Below, one piece after another: positions 1 through 10,843 of a DNA stretch of 64,000 nt (positions are counted from its first letter, which is position 1; the number at the start of each line of letters is the position of its first letter). The translations under genes and the position numbers were made by a program. The notes below the pieces were generated by a model, which saw only the letters and a list, made by a program, of their open reading frames with translations, ran no database searches and was not told where the DNA came from. Location of the stretch: the NCBI GenBank assembly GCA_963817385.1, contig CAWFOM010000005.1, forward strand, positions 480,001-544,000, read 5' to 3'. This stretch comes from an uncultured delta proteobacterium (GTDB taxonomy: Bacteria > Desulfobacterota > Syntrophia > Syntrophales > UBA5619).

Positions 1-533
1 CTCCCGATGACGACGCCGGCATGCAGGAAGACCCGCCGGCCGATCAGGCAGCGGCGGTAGATAGTGACATGGGGGTAGAGCACGGACGCCTCGCCGACAA
101 CGGCATCCCGGCCGATGAAAACACCCGGGTAGAGAACCGCCTTGCGCTCGATGCACGCCCCGCGGCAGACGTGGACGCCGGGATAGATCACGGCCTCCGG
201 TGAGACGTCGGCTCCTGCCTCGATATATGCATCCGCGTGGATCCCCGCGGTCTCTTCTTCCTCGGGATGGAAGAGGGGCAACAGCCGACTGAGGGCGATG
301 TAAGGATCCTCGACGATGAGGAGGTTTTTCCCCGCACAAGCCGTTCCGGGGGTGACGAGGATCGCGCTTGCACTCGTAGTCTCCAGCTTCTTGCGGTATT
401 TCCGGTTGGCCACGAAGGTCAGATCCCGTGTGCCGGCCTCATCGATCCCCCGGATCCGTTCGATGAGAACATCGCCGTCGCCGCTGACGTCGCCACCGAG
501 CAATGCCGCAATCTCATTAAGTGTTTTTTCCAC
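1..533 (-). CDS. lpxD: UDP-3-O-acyl-glucosamine N-acyltransferase LpxD, 5' part (runs off window start)
   Basis: Manual translation from GTG at 533: MEKTLNEIAALLGGDVSGDGDVLIERIRGIDEAGTRDLTFVANRKY... then hexapeptide repeats (VIYPGVHV, VLYPGVFIG, VLYPHVTIY, FLHAGVVIG). Lies downstream of skp-bamA. Not in the ORF track because it has no stop in the window. Confidence 0.93.
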   Translation of the reverse strand, partial: MEKTLNEIAALLGGDVSGDGDVLIERIRGIDEAGTRDLTFVANRKYRKKLETTSASAILVTPGTACAGKNLLIVEDPYIALSRLLPLFHPEEEETAGIHADAYIEAGADVSPEAVIYPGVHVCRGACIERKAVLYPGVFIGRDAVVGEASVLYPHVTIYRRCLIGRRVFLHAGVVIG

Positions 534-546
534 CGCCTTCTTCCCG

Positions 547-1080
547 CTACTTCTTGGGTTTGTAGCTCTTGTTGAATTCTTCGATCACCCGTTTCGTCAG
601 GTCGTTCTCCTTCGAGTAGTAGGCCAAAGGAATCTGGCTGATGTCGATGATCATGCTGTACTTTTCCTTCTCGCCGATCGTCTGGACGAGCTTGAGGATT
701 TCGGGGATCATCTTCTTGGAGAGTTCCTGATCCTTTGCCTGAAGCTCCTCATTGGAATCTTTGACGAGGATTTGGTAGTCTCGGAACTTCTTCTGGTAGG
801 CGAGCTCCTTCTCCTTCATCGCTTCTTCCTTGAGAAGCGGTTTCTGCTTTTCAAGATCATCCTTGAGTTTCTTCAGTTCGTTTTCCTTCTCCTGGATGGC
901 CGCCTTCTCTTTTTCAAGGGTCTTCTTGAAATCTTCGGCCGCCTTCTTGCCGGCGCTGGAGGAGAGCATGACATCCCGGATATCCACGAACCCCGTCTTG
1001 TCGGCCGCCGCCGCGAGCGATCCCGTGAGGGCCAGTGCAAAAATCACCAGACCCGTAACGAACAATGTATATCTTTTCAT
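547..1080 (-). CDS. skp: OmpH/Skp periplasmic chaperone
   Basis: Signal peptide, KTGFVDIRDVM motif, long coiled coil, C-terminal DLTKRVI; sits between bamA and lpxD. Confidence 0.92.
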   Translation of the reverse strand: MKRYTLFVTGLVIFALALTGSLAAAADKTGFVDIRDVMLSSSAGKKAAEDFKKTLEKEKAAIQEKENELKKLKDDLEKQKPLLKEEAMKEKELAYQKKFRDYQILVKDSNEELQAKDQELSKKMIPEILKLVQTIGEKEKYSMIIDISQIPLAYYSKENDLTKRVIEEFNKSYKPKK

Positions 1081-1155
1081 CTACCCATTCTCCCTTCGTA
1101 TCTATCTGGTCGTTATCATCATGGGCAGCAAGGCTGCGGATCCTTCCGCCCTCCC

Positions 1156-3795
1156 CTACATGAACATCCCGATCGTAAATTCGAAACGGCTCGGGGATTC
1201 GCCTTCCTTCGGGTCCAGGACATACCCCCATTCCAGGCGGAGGGGACCGATCGGCGAGTACCAGCGGATCCCCACCCCGGCCGTTTTCCTCATATCGCCC
1301 GGGTGATAGCCGCTTTCCCAGGTGTTGCCGGTATCGAAGAAGATAATCCCTTTCATCCCGGCGTTTTTGATCAGGGGGAAAATATACTCGATATTAAAGT
1401 TCAGCATCGTAAGACCGCCGATGACGTCTCCCGTCGCGGGGTCTTTCGGTCCTACTTCCCTGAGTCCCCGCAGGGAGTTGATCCCTCCGAGATAGTAGCG
1501 TTCGTAGATAGGGACCTCTTTCCCCTCATTTGGCTGCATGTAGCCGATTTTTCCGCGGACGGCGAAAACGGTGTCAAGGGGTAACGGGAAGAACCATGCA
1601 GAGGTTGCCCCGTAACGCGTGAAGCTGACATCGCCCAGGAGAGGGCCGCCGGTATATTCAAGCGAGCCCGTGTTCTTCGAGCCGGTGGACGGGAATATGA
1701 TATCGTCTGTCGAATCCCGAGTAATGCTGAGGGTGACACCGCTGCTCGTTGTTTGCCCTGCCTGTTTTATGATGTAAGAGGAGGCGGTGGGCAAAATGTC
1801 CTTCACATTGTCCATGGAGAGACGGTACCCGAGATAGCCGGTCACATACCCCCAGAGAGGATAGCCCATAGTAGCGCCGAATCCCTTGGAATCGAGGTTG
1901 TAGGTGTCGTACTCCCGATAGAGGTTCCAAACGTCAAACTTACTCCAGAGCGGCATGTCGAAGAGCCAGGGCTCGATGAAGGAGAGGTCGTAGAGTGTGG
2001 ATCGGGAACCGAGGCTCGCCTTAAGGCTCAGGGTCTGTCCGCGGCCGAAGAGGTTCTGCTGGGAGACCTGGGCCGAAATGACCGCATGATCCAGGGCGCT
2101 GTATCCGGCGCCGACGCTGAACATTCCCGTCGGCTTTTCCTTGATGTGGATTTTTACGTCCGTCAGGGTTTCATCCGGGCCCTTCTCGGACTGGAAGTCG
2201 ATCTCTTCGAAGTAGCGCAGCCTGTTCAAGGCCATGTAGCTTTTCTTCAATTTGGTCCGGCTATAGAGATCCCCTTCGACCACGGAGAGCTCCCGGCGGA
2301 TGACCTTGTCGCGCGTTTTGGTATTTCCGGTGATGTTAATCCGGTTGAAATAGACCAGCTTCCTCTTGGCTATTTGGTAGGTCACATCGACGGTCTGGGT
2401 TTTTTCCTGCGGTTCGGTGCGGGGGATAGTTTCGGCATTGGCGTATCCTTCGTCGTTGCAGACCTGGGTTAGATAATCCATGTCCTTCATGATCGCTTCG
2501 CGGTCGTAGAAGTCCTTCTTGGTGATCTGGAGTTTCGCCAGCAGGTCCGTTCGGGAAGTCGCCAACTCGTCGCCGGTGATTGCCACCTTGCCCACGCGGA
2601 ACTGCTTCCCCTCCGAAACGGGGATCTTGATAGTGATTCCGTCCCGATCATGGGTGATCTCGGGCTCGCCGACCTGGGCGTTGATGAAGCCGTTGTTCAG
2701 GTAGAAGGCATTGATCTTGCCCACATCCTGTTTGATCTGGTCCTTTTTCAGGAGTCCGGAGTCGGTGAAGAAGCTGAAGATGCCCCGCTCGGTGGTGGTC
2801 ATCATGTTCTTCAATTCCTTCGTGGTGAATGTCCGGTTGCCTTCAAAGGTGATGTTCCGGATGAAGAGTTTCTCGTTTTCGACGACACTGATGACGACGG
2901 CGACGTCCCTCTCGCTCGTCTTCTCGATGTCATAACGAACCTCGGCATTGTAATACCCCTTGCTGTCATAGAGTTCCTTGATCTTTTCCGTGTCGGCTTT
3001 GAGCTTTTCGGGATTTACGGTTTGCCTGTTCCGGACGGTCATTACGCCTTCGATTTCGTCCTTTTTCAGTGCTTTGTTTCCCTTGACGCGGATCTCCGTG
3101 ATCATGGGCTTTTCTACGACGGTGAAGGCGATCGCCTTCCCCTCGGGAACGTCCGTCACTTCCGCCGTGACGTCATCGAAATAACCCATCTTGTAGATGG
3201 CCTTGATGTCGGCTGAAAGGTCGGAATCGGTGAAGATGTTCCCCGCCGCGCTTTTCAGGACCTGATTGATGGCGCTCCCCTCGATCTTGCGGTTGCCCTT
3301 GAATTCGATGCGGGCGATCCTCTGCTCGGAGGCGATTCTGCTCATGATGTCCATCCGGAGCCGGGCGAGAATGGCGCCGAGGTTCTGCCGGCCTCTGCCC
3401 TGCACGAAGATTCCGGGCAGGACTTTTCCCTCGCGGACATCGATCAGCCTTACATCCACGCTGATCTGCTCACCGAATTCGGTGAGGCTTCCCGTGACGG
3501 TGTAAGCGGCGTCGGCCTTCTTTCCCACCTCCAGTGCCAGTGCGTCGTTCAGGGGTTTCCCCGCTGTGGCGAGGGTAACAGCTCCCCTCTCGACGAGGCG
3601 GATATTCTTTGATTTCAGAAGTTCCGCGGCGACCCCCTGGTAGATCATTTCCTTGAGGTCGGCGGCCCCCTGCGGAGCGGTGCTGTTGATCTCAAAGGGG
3701 AAAAGGGCGACCTTTTTGATGTTTTCTGCCGCTGTTCCCCGGGCCGGCCACACAAGAATGGCGGCCAGAAACATCGTGATGCATGCAAAAAACAT
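1156..3795 (-). CDS. bamA: Outer membrane protein assembly factor BamA with an extra N-terminal domain
   Basis: POTRA repeats (IEFKGN, IRVKGN, ITFEGN, INITGNTKTRDKVIRRE), SLRG loop motif, WYSPIGPLRLEWG. Start moved to the ATG at 3795 (signal peptide), just after the lolD stop. Confidence 0.95.
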   Translation of the reverse strand: MFFACITMFLAAILVWPARGTAAENIKKVALFPFEINSTAPQGAADLKEMIYQGVAAELLKSKNIRLVERGAVTLATAGKPLNDALALEVGKKADAAYTVTGSLTEFGEQISVDVRLIDVREGKVLPGIFVQGRGRQNLGAILARLRMDIMSRIASEQRIARIEFKGNRKIEGSAINQVLKSAAGNIFTDSDLSADIKAIYKMGYFDDVTAEVTDVPEGKAIAFTVVEKPMITEIRVKGNKALKKDEIEGVMTVRNRQTVNPEKLKADTEKIKELYDSKGYYNAEVRYDIEKTSERDVAVVISVVENEKLFIRNITFEGNRTFTTKELKNMMTTTERGIFSFFTDSGLLKKDQIKQDVGKINAFYLNNGFINAQVGEPEITHDRDGITIKIPVSEGKQFRVGKVAITGDELATSRTDLLAKLQITKKDFYDREAIMKDMDYLTQVCNDEGYANAETIPRTEPQEKTQTVDVTYQIAKRKLVYFNRINITGNTKTRDKVIRRELSVVEGDLYSRTKLKKSYMALNRLRYFEEIDFQSEKGPDETLTDVKIHIKEKPTGMFSVGAGYSALDHAVISAQVSQQNLFGRGQTLSLKASLGSRSTLYDLSFIEPWLFDMPLWSKFDVWNLYREYDTYNLDSKGFGATMGYPLWGYVTGYLGYRLSMDNVKDILPTASSYIIKQAGQTTSSGVTLSITRDSTDDIIFPSTGSKNTGSLEYTGGPLLGDVSFTRYGATSAWFFPLPLDTVFAVRGKIGYMQPNEGKEVPIYERYYLGGINSLRGLREVGPKDPATGDVIGGLTMLNFNIEYIFPLIKNAGMKGIIFFDTGNTWESGYHPGDMRKTAGVGIRWYSPIGPLRLEWGYVLDPKEGESPSRFEFTIGMFM

Positions 3796-3799
3796 TTTT

Positions 3800-4471
3800 C
3801 TAATCAACGGTATAAATCCTCCCATCGCGCAGACCGATCTGACGGGACATTCGGTCGGCCAGTGATTGGTTGTGCGTGACGACAATCAGCGTAATCCGTT
3901 TTGTCCTGTTTAGGGCAACCAGGATCTCTTCTATCTTCTTTCCGGTTTCCGTGTCAAGGTTTCCTGTGGGTTCATCCGCAAGGAGGATTTCCGGTTCGAG
4001 GATCAGCGCCCGGGCGATTGCCACCCGCTGCTGTTCCCCGCCGGATAGCTCCCCGGGCTTGTGGGTAATCCGGTCGCCCAGACCCACTTCGGCGAGAATC
4101 GCCTCCGCACGCCGTTTTGCCTCTCCTTTCGGCATCCTCCTGATCAGGGCGGGCATCATGGTGTTTTCCAGGCTGGTGAACTCCGGCAGGAGGTTGTGAA
4201 ACTGGAAGATAAAGCCGATCTTCTGGTTCCGGAAGGCGGCGAGCTTCTGCTCCGGCCAGGTGAAGACATCCACGTTGTCATAGAGAATAGTACCGGACGT
4301 CGGATGGTCAAGGGTGCCGAGGATATGGATCAGCGTACTCTTGCCCGATCCGGATACGCCCACGACGGCCAGAGACTCCCCGGTGTCGATGTGGAGATTC
4401 AGTCCTTTGAGCACCTCGATGGCGAGGCCGTCCTTAAGGAAGGTTTTGCTGAGATTCCGGACCTGTATCAT
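3800..4471 (-). CDS. lolD: Lipoprotein-releasing ABC transporter ATP-binding protein
   Basis: Walker [45 protein letters not shown]. Confidence 0.93.
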   Translation of the reverse strand: MIQVRNLSKTFLKDGLAIEVLKGLNLHIDTGESLAVVGVSGSGKSTLIHILGTLDHPTSGTILYDNVDVFTWPEQKLAAFRNQKIGFIFQFHNLLPEFTSLENTMMPALIRRMPKGEAKRRAEAILAEVGLGDRITHKPGELSGGEQQRVAIARALILEPEILLADEPTGNLDTETGKKIEEILVALNRTKRITLIVVTHNQSLADRMSRQIGLRDGRIYTVD

Positions 4472-4534
4472 ACGCTTTTCCTTAACGCCCCGTCAGGGGA
4501 CCCTTCCGCCGCTTGTCCGTTCGCCATGCCGCCC

Positions 4535-5813
4535 TCAATCGTAGCGCAGCGCCTCCGCCGGATCGAGGCGGGATGCCCGCCAGGATGGGTAGATCGTCGA
4601 GAGGAAACAGATCAGCATCGTTCCTCCGAGGATGATTCCCACATCACCGTAGTTGACCTGCGAGGGGAGTTCACTCAAGTAGTAGACGTCGCCGGGAAGG
4701 ATCTTGAAGCCGAAGAATTTTTCCACAAAACGGGAAAGCGCCTCCAGATTCAGGGCGACGGACAGCCCCGCGAGGCAGCCGAGGAAGGTGCCCAGTGCGC
4801 CAACGATAAGCCCTTGGAAGATGAAGATTTTCATGATGTCGCGGCGGGTTGCGCCCATCGTTTTCAAAATGGCGATGTCCTTGTTCTTCTCCATGACGAT
4901 CATGATGAGCGCGCTGATGATATTGAAGGCCGCGACGAGGACGATCAGGGAGAGGATGATGAACATGACCCGCTTCTCCAGCCTGAGCGCCGAGAAGAGA
5001 TTCCTGTTCATCTCCATCCAGTTGCGGGCCCAGTAGGGGTAGCCCAGTTTTTTTTCGATCGTCTTTGCGATCCCGTCGGCCTGGTAGATGTCGTCAACCC
5101 GGATCTCCAGACCGGTGACCAGATCTCCCATATTGAGGAATTCCTGGCAGGTCTTCAGGGATATGTAGGCGAGCGTCGAATCATATTCGTAGAAGCCGGA
5201 CTCGAAGATGCCGACGACGACAAAAGGCTTCATCCTCGGGACCATCCCCATCGGCGTGGAGATGCCGGACGGGGAGACGATATGGACCGTTTCGAAGAGG
5301 AACACCCCGAGGTTTTTGGCCAGCTCGCGGCCGATGATGATCCCGGGGAGATCGGAGAGATCCGGTTTCAGGCCGGGGATCTTCCTCGGGCCGTCCTGCA
5401 GATAGTCGAGGCTTCCCTCCCTGATCTTTCCCAGGTTGATCACCTTCATGGCGTCCGCTGTGGAGAGCCCCCTGAGCACGATTCCGGTTACGCTGTTCCC
5501 GTTTTTGAGCATTGCCTGGCTGTAGATGAAGGGGGTGGCGGCGACGACGCCGGGGATTTGGGTTACCTCCTGCATGGACCCGGGAATGATCCCGCATCCC
5601 GCCGGTATGTTCCATGAGGACGATATGGGAGTTGATTCCCAGGATCTTGCTGCGCAGATCGTTTTCGAAGCCGCTCATGACGGCGATGACGATGATCAGG
5701 GCCGCGACGCCCAAAAAGATACCGGCAATCGAAATGAAGGTGATAATGGAAACGAACACCTGTTTCCGTCTTGCCCGGAGGTAGCGCAGGCTGATGAAGA
5801 GTTCATAAGACAT
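4535..5813 (-). CDS. lolE: Lipoprotein-releasing ABC permease LolC/E (one apparent frameshift near 5575-5590)
   Basis: N-terminus MSYELFISLRYLRARRKQVFVSIITFISIAGIFLGVAALIIVIAVMSGF in one frame; remainder (LVAAFNIISALIMIVMEK...PAEALRYD) in another. Span is 3n+1; TGATG overlap with lysS. Confidence 0.9.
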
Positions 5814-7333
5814 CACTGATCCGTTTCCATCTTCTTGGCGATGGTGGATCCATCCCGTGTCCGAAGGAGCGGGAAGAGGATCACATCCCGTATTGATGCG
5901 GAGTCGGTGAAGAGCATGACGAGGCGATCGATCCCGATCCCCTCCCCCGCCGTCGGCGGCATCCCGCATTCAAGGGCGCTGATATAGTCTTCATCCATCT
6001 CATGGGCTTCCAGATCGCCGGCTTCGCGTTCCGCGAGCTGCATTTCGAAGCGCTGGCGCTGGTCCACGGGGTCGTTGAGCTCGGAGAAGGCGTTGGCGAT
6101 CTCCCTGCCGCAGATGTAAAGCTCGAAACGGTCGGCCAGAGACGGGTTTGCCGCGTTTCGCCGGGAGAGGGGAGAGACGTCGATGGGGTAGTGGGTAACG
6201 AAGGTCGGCTGGATGAGCTTCTTCTCTACCGTCTCGTCGAATATGGCCATCATCACCTTCCCCGGCGGGTCGCCGGGCTTCACCTCGATCCCGAGTTTCC
6301 GGGCGTGGGCGGCCATCCGTCCGGGGTCATCGAACACCGCCGCCTCTACGCCGCCGATCGTAATTACGGCGTCGCGCACCGTGATCCGACGCCACGGAGG
6401 CGTCAGATCGATCTCGTTCCCCTGGTAGGTGAGGCGGAGCGAACCGGACAGGTTGCTGGCGACGAACGAGAAGAGTTCCTCCGTCATGGCCATCAGGTCC
6501 TCATAGGTCGCATAGGCCTGGTAGAACTCCAGCATCGTGAATTCGGGGTTATGGAAGGTGGAGATCCCTTCGTTACGGAAGTTTCGGTTGATCTCGAAGA
6601 CCCGTTCCAGGCCTCCGGTGATGAGCCGCTTAAGGTAGAGCTCGGGGGCGATCCTCAGGTAAAAGTTCATCCCGAGGGCGTTGTGAAAGGTCGCGAAGGG
6701 ACGCGCGACGGCGCCACCGGCCTTGGGTTGCATCATGGGGGTTTCCACCTCCAGGAAGTCCCGTTCCTCCATGAAGCGGCGGATGAGGCTGATGATCCGA
6801 CTTCGCGTATGGAAGACCTTGCGAACCTCCGGGTTGACGATCAGATCGAGGTGGCGTTGCCGGTAACGGATCTCGACATCCGTCAGACCGTGCCATTTTT
6901 CCGGCAGGGGGTGGAGCGATTTGGCAAGCAGCCGGAGGCCGTTCTCCTCCACGTCGATGGTCAGTTCCCCCGTTTTTGTCTTGAAGACTCGCCCGGCGAT
7001 CCAGAGGATGTCACCGATATCAAGCCGCTTGAATAGCGAAAAGGCCCTTTCTCCGAGCTGGTTTTTCCGAAGGAATGCCTGAAGTCGACCCTTACGGTCC
7101 TGGATACTGATGAAGGCGCCTTTGCCGAAGTCCCGGACGGCCATCAGACGGCCCGCCAAGGCGATGCGGTCCGTCATCTTTTCCAGCTCTTCCGGGGTCA
7201 TCTGCCCGAAGCGTTCACTGACTGATGCCGTGGTCTCGCTAACGCGGATATCGTTGGGATAGAGGTCGATCCCGTCGGTCTTCAGGGATTCGATCTTTTC
7301 CCTGCGTTTTTTCTGAAGTTCGCTTTCTTCCAT
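5813..7333 (-). CDS. lysS: Lysine--tRNA ligase (class II)
   Basis: YLRIAPELYLKRL, FRNEGIS..HNPEFTMLEFY, GMPPTAGEGIGIDRL motifs. Confidence 0.98.
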   Translation of the reverse strand: MEESELQKKRREKIESLKTDGIDLYPNDIRVSETTASVSERFGQMTPEELEKMTDRIALAGRLMAVRDFGKGAFISIQDRKGRLQAFLRKNQLGERAFSLFKRLDIGDILWIAGRVFKTKTGELTIDVEENGLRLLAKSLHPLPEKWHGLTDVEIRYRQRHLDLIVNPEVRKVFHTRSRIISLIRRFMEERDFLEVETPMMQPKAGGAVARPFATFHNALGMNFYLRIAPELYLKRLITGGLERVFEINRNFRNEGISTFHNPEFTMLEFYQAYATYEDLMAMTEELFSFVASNLSGSLRLTYQGNEIDLTPPWRRITVRDAVITIGGVEAAVFDDPGRMAAHARKLGIEVKPGDPPGKVMMAIFDETVEKKLIQPTFVTHYPIDVSPLSRRNAANPSLADRFELYICGREIANAFSELNDPVDQRQRFEMQLAEREAGDLEAHEMDEDYISALECGMPPTAGEGIGIDRLVMLFTDSASIRDVILFPLLRTRDGSTIAKKMETDQ

Positions 7334-7519
7334 AACTAAATTGCCCCGGTGTGTTTCGATATAAAGTCGATTTAACTATATTTTTTTTCGATATTAGTCA
7401 AGCGCGAATTGAAGCGGACAGGTCGGGCGATGAGGGAAGGTCAGCCATCTTTCGCATTGCGGCATGGAGGCAACTTGTGTATGATCGGCCAACAGTACGT
7501 TTCAGGAAAGGGGGAAGGG

Positions 7520-7937
7520 ATGATCAATAAAGCGATCCTGGTGGGCAGGCTGGGGAAGGATCCGGAGGTCAGATACACGCCGGACGGCGCAATGGTTACC
7601 AATTTTACTCTGGCAACGGATGAACAGCGGAAAGACAAGAACGGGGAACGGGTCAGGACTACCGAGTGGCACCGAATCGTGACCTTCGGGAAACTGGCCG
7701 AAATCTGCGGTAAATACCTTGTCAAAGGGAAATTGGTCTTTGTGGAGGGGAGGATTCAGGACGCAGGCTTGGGAGGACAAGGAGGGTAACAAGCGTTCCA
7801 CGACTGAAATCATCGCCTCGGATATGCGAATGCTCGACTCGAAAGGCCAGCGTGGTCCCGATGCATCGCCGGAGGAGCCTCCTCTGCCTCATCCCGGCGC
7901 GGAGGGGCCTTCACCCGAGGATGATGTCCCCTTTTAA
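7520..7937 (+). CDS. ssb: Single-stranded DNA-binding protein (apparent +1 frameshift near 7760)
   Basis: [20 protein letters not shown]...TEWHRIV...VEGRIQ, then TQAWEDKEG...DDVPF (SSB acidic tip) in the next frame. Confidence 0.95.
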
Positions 7938-7957
7938 CTAATGTCCGATACTGGGGA

Positions 7958-8152
7958 TCAGGGTTTTTTCTCTTCGGTCTTCTTCTCGGCGGAGGGTGTG
8001 ACGTCGATTTCGTTCGGCTCGCGGGTGGCCTTCTTGAAGTTCTTGATGCCGCGGCCGAGTGCACTCCCGATCTCGGGGAGTTTTCCGGCGCCGAAGATGA
8101 TCAGGATGATCACCAGAATGACCAGCAATTCAGGCATACCTATTCCGAACAT
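7958..8152 (-). CDS. tatA: Twin-arginine translocase subunit TatA
   Basis: [41 protein letters not shown] is a classic TatA N-terminus. Confidence 0.95.
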   Translation of the reverse strand: MFGIGMPELLVILVIILIIFGAGKLPEIGSALGRGIKNFKKATREPNEIDVTPSAEKKTEEKKP

Positions 8153-8228
8153 GATTGGATAACCTCACTAGTAATTTCTTGCGAATGATCTTAGACCATC
8201 GGTGTGTTGTTGTCAAACAGGAACTTCT

Positions 8229-9128
8229 TCAGGGCGATTTCTTCGTCGGCGCCTTTTCCGGTAACCGTATATGGATCACCTCTCCCTGTTTCCCCAGGCT
8301 TCCGAGGGATTTTCCTTGGTAGATCAGGTTGACTCCACCCGCGTTACCGATGTCGAGCTGGAAATAGTCCGATGCCAGCCGCTCGATCCGGTCACCCGGT
8401 TTGAGGAGGACTTGATAGGAGGGATTGAGATCTTCGGTGATCCGAATCCAGGAGAGATCGCGAGTTTCGATTACGAGGTGGAGCATCTTTCCGGACGGAG
8501 CCGAGGGTGGTCGGGCGGTTGCCCTCTCCGCTACCGTGGCTGATTCTTTTGCCGTCGCCTGGGCCGGGGTTGCCGGGGCTGGCTGGTCTGCCGGCGTCGG
8601 AGCCGTTGAAGTTGCCGAAGCCGCTGGAGTTGCCGGAACCGCCGATGCGGGTTCCCCCTGTTCAGACGGTGGCGATTCGATGGGCTGAGCCGGGGGAATC
8701 GTCCTGCCGGACTGATCATAAAGGAAAAGGGCATAGACGAGAATACCGGCTAAGATGACGGAGGCAAGGCTTCCAAATAGGAACCGGTAACGTCGGCTGG
8801 CTTCCGGCCAGGGTTTCTGAACCTCCGGCTCTTCACGGGGAGGATTCATGCTTGCCAGGTGCCTCTCATACCGGTCCAAAAGCGGTTTCTCGTCTATCCC
8901 GACAGCCCGGGCGTACTTCCGGATGAAATTTCGTGTATAGACCGGGGGTGGAAGCTGGCGAAAATCGCCGTTCTCCACTGCCGTGAGGTTGATCATGGTG
9001 ACTCGCGTGGCATGAAAAATGTCCATCAGGGAAAGCCCCCGGGCCTCGCGTGCAGCCTTCAGGTCCTGAACATTCTCGCATGGGGCGGGCGTCCGCTGTG
9101 CCGCGGGGATTTCCTTTTTCTCATCCAT
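8229..9128 (-). CDS. RodZ-like protein (HTH, TM helix, Pro/Ala linker, DUF4115-type C-terminus)
   Basis: LKAAREARGLSL...PVYTRNFIRKYARAVGID HTH; one TM; C-terminal SWIRI...IGNAGGVNL..GKSLGSLG. Confidence 0.85.
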   Translation of the reverse strand: MDEKKEIPAAQRTPAPCENVQDLKAAREARGLSLMDIFHATRVTMINLTAVENGDFRQLPPPVYTRNFIRKYARAVGIDEKPLLDRYERHLASMNPPREEPEVQKPWPEASRRYRFLFGSLASVILAGILVYALFLYDQSGRTIPPAQPIESPPSEQGEPASAVPATPAASATSTAPTPADQPAPATPAQATAKESATVAERATARPPSAPSGKMLHLVIETRDLSWIRITEDLNPSYQVLLKPGDRIERLASDYFQLDIGNAGGVNLIYQGKSLGSLGKQGEVIHIRLPEKAPTKKSP

Positions 9129-9337
9129 GTATTCAAAATCTCCTCGTAAGCTGCCGATACGATTAGCACCATTTCACCGGCCGTGCAACAGAAAGATGCG
9201 GACCGCCCGGGTGAGAGAGTCCGGAAACCGGCAAATTGCACTGGTTTTTTGTCGGCTTTTATGCTGGGATGGCCGCCGCACAGGGTTGCGCGTGCGAAGA
9301 GGGGCAGTTCCGTCACGGAATGATGGATGGAGTCAAG

Positions 9338-10138
9338 ATGATGAAGAGGAACAATTACCGGCAGTTCATCGAAGCGGTTGCGGTTGAAGCGGGAACCCTC
9401 CTCCGGGAGAGCATCCACAACCGCCATACCGTTCAGTACAAAGGGGAGATCAATCTGGTGACGGAGGCCGACCACCTCTCCGAGGCGCTCATTATTGAGC
9501 GGATCCGTCATGCTTACCCCGGCCATGATATCCTGGCGGAGGAATCTCCCGAGACCGCGAACGGCTCAGGTTTCCGATGGATCATCGATCCTCTTGATGG
9601 AACGACGAATTACGCCCACGGCTACCCGATCTTCTGCGTCTCCATCGCCCTTGAAGTAGAGGGGATGATCCGCCTTGGCGCCGTCTGTAATCCCATGCTT
9701 GCTGAACTTTTCGTTGCGGAGAAAGGGGATGGCGCCTTTTTGAACGGCCGGCGTCTTGCCGTTTCCCAGACGGCAGAACTCTCCCGGGGGCTCCTGGCAA
9801 CCGGTTTTCCCTATGATATTCGGGAGGATCGAAACAACAACCTGAATTACTTCAAGGCGATGGCCATAAATGCCCAAGCGATCCGCCGAACCGGCTCGGC
9901 CGCTCTCGACATGGCCTACGTTGCAGCAGGCCGCTTTGACGGCTTCTGGGAGTTGAAGCTCATGCCATGGGACACCGCGGCTGGATGGCTCCTCATCACC
10001 GAGGCGGGCGGCACGGTGACAGACCTCCGGGACAGTCCGTACGAGCTTCATTCTCCGCATATCCTCGCCTCCAACGGCTCCATCCACGGCGAGATGGCCC
10101 GCATCCTTGCAGGAACAGATCCACTCGACATCCGGTAG
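9338..10138 (+). CDS. suhB: Inositol monophosphatase family protein
   Basis: LVTEAD, WIIDPLDGTTNYAHG, RRTGSAALD, WDTAAG motifs. Start is approximate. Confidence 0.92.
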   Translation: MMKRNNYRQFIEAVAVEAGTLLRESIHNRHTVQYKGEINLVTEADHLSEALIIERIRHAYPGHDILAEESPETANGSGFRWIIDPLDGTTNYAHGYPIFCVSIALEVEGMIRLGAVCNPMLAELFVAEKGDGAFLNGRRLAVSQTAELSRGLLATGFPYDIREDRNNNLNYFKAMAINAQAIRRTGSAALDMAYVAAGRFDGFWELKLMPWDTAAGWLLITEAGGTVTDLRDSPYELHSPHILASNGSIHGEMARILAGTDPLDIR

Positions 10139-10246
10139 GATCAAACCTCACCACTGACGTTCCCCAAAAAAGTCCAGCAGCCGAACGGAAAGATTGATTC
10201 CTTGTCTGCGATGACGTTAGTCTCTTTTCCTCAGAGCCGACTGATC

Positions 10247-10274
10247 TTGACAACTGCGAATTGCTGCCTATATT
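10247..10274 (+). promoter_or_regulatory. Putative sigma70 promoter for the hsp20 pair
   Basis: TTGACA-16 bp-TATATT. Confidence 0.45.
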
Positions 10275-10386
10275 ACGAATGAATCGGAGCGAATTGAACA
10301 ATATCGAGTTGTTAGTGGTTCGTGCAGGATTTACTCGTCTGATTGCACGACAGGATTATCAATACTGCTTTTAGGAGGTGAAAGAT

Positions 10387-10830
10387 ATGATTGGACCAGG
10401 ATTATGGAGAATTGGCGGAATGAGGGATCCTTTCCAGGAAATGCAGCGCCTGCAGCGGGAAGTGAATAAGGTTTTTTCCGGAGTAGGTCAATCGCTGAGC
10501 CGGGAAATTCCTCCGGTAAATGCATGGATAGGTGAGGGCGATGTCATTGTGGCGGCCGAACTTCCGGGCATTGATCCTGCAAAGGTGGATATTTCCGTTG
10601 TTGGTGATACGCTGACAATCAGCGGCGCCCGTGAGGCGGAGGCCCTGAAGAACGGGGAGAACTATCACCGACAGGAGCGTGATCATGGCCGCTTTTCGCG
10701 GACGATTCAGCTTCCCTTTCATGTGGAGGCAGGCAAGGTCGAGGCGAGGTACGAACGAGGCGTCCTGACGATTACGATGCCGCGTGCGGAAGCGGACAAG
10801 CCGCGGAAGATAGCGGTGAAAAGCGAATAA
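10387..10830 (+). CDS. Hsp20/alpha-crystallin small heat-shock protein
   Basis: AELPGIDP, LTISGAR, ERDHGRFSRTIQLP, ARYERGVLTITMP; RBS AGGAGG upstream. Confidence 0.93.
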   Translation: MIGPGLWRIGGMRDPFQEMQRLQREVNKVFSGVGQSLSREIPPVNAWIGEGDVIVAAELPGIDPAKVDISVVGDTLTISGAREAEALKNGENYHRQERDHGRFSRTIQLPFHVEAGKVEARYERGVLTITMPRAEADKPRKIAVKSE

Positions 10831-10843
10831 GGAGGTGCAACGT

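Noticed and set aside
8530..8700. Short GTTGCCG-type repeats in the RodZ-like gene
   Set aside because: They encode a low-complexity Pro/Ala/Thr linker and are not an independent repeat element.
10217..10244. Possible CIRCE/HrcA operator upstream of the hsp20 genes
   Set aside because: TTAGTCTC-N9-GAGCCGAC deviates too far from TTAGCACTC-N9-GAGTGCTAA.
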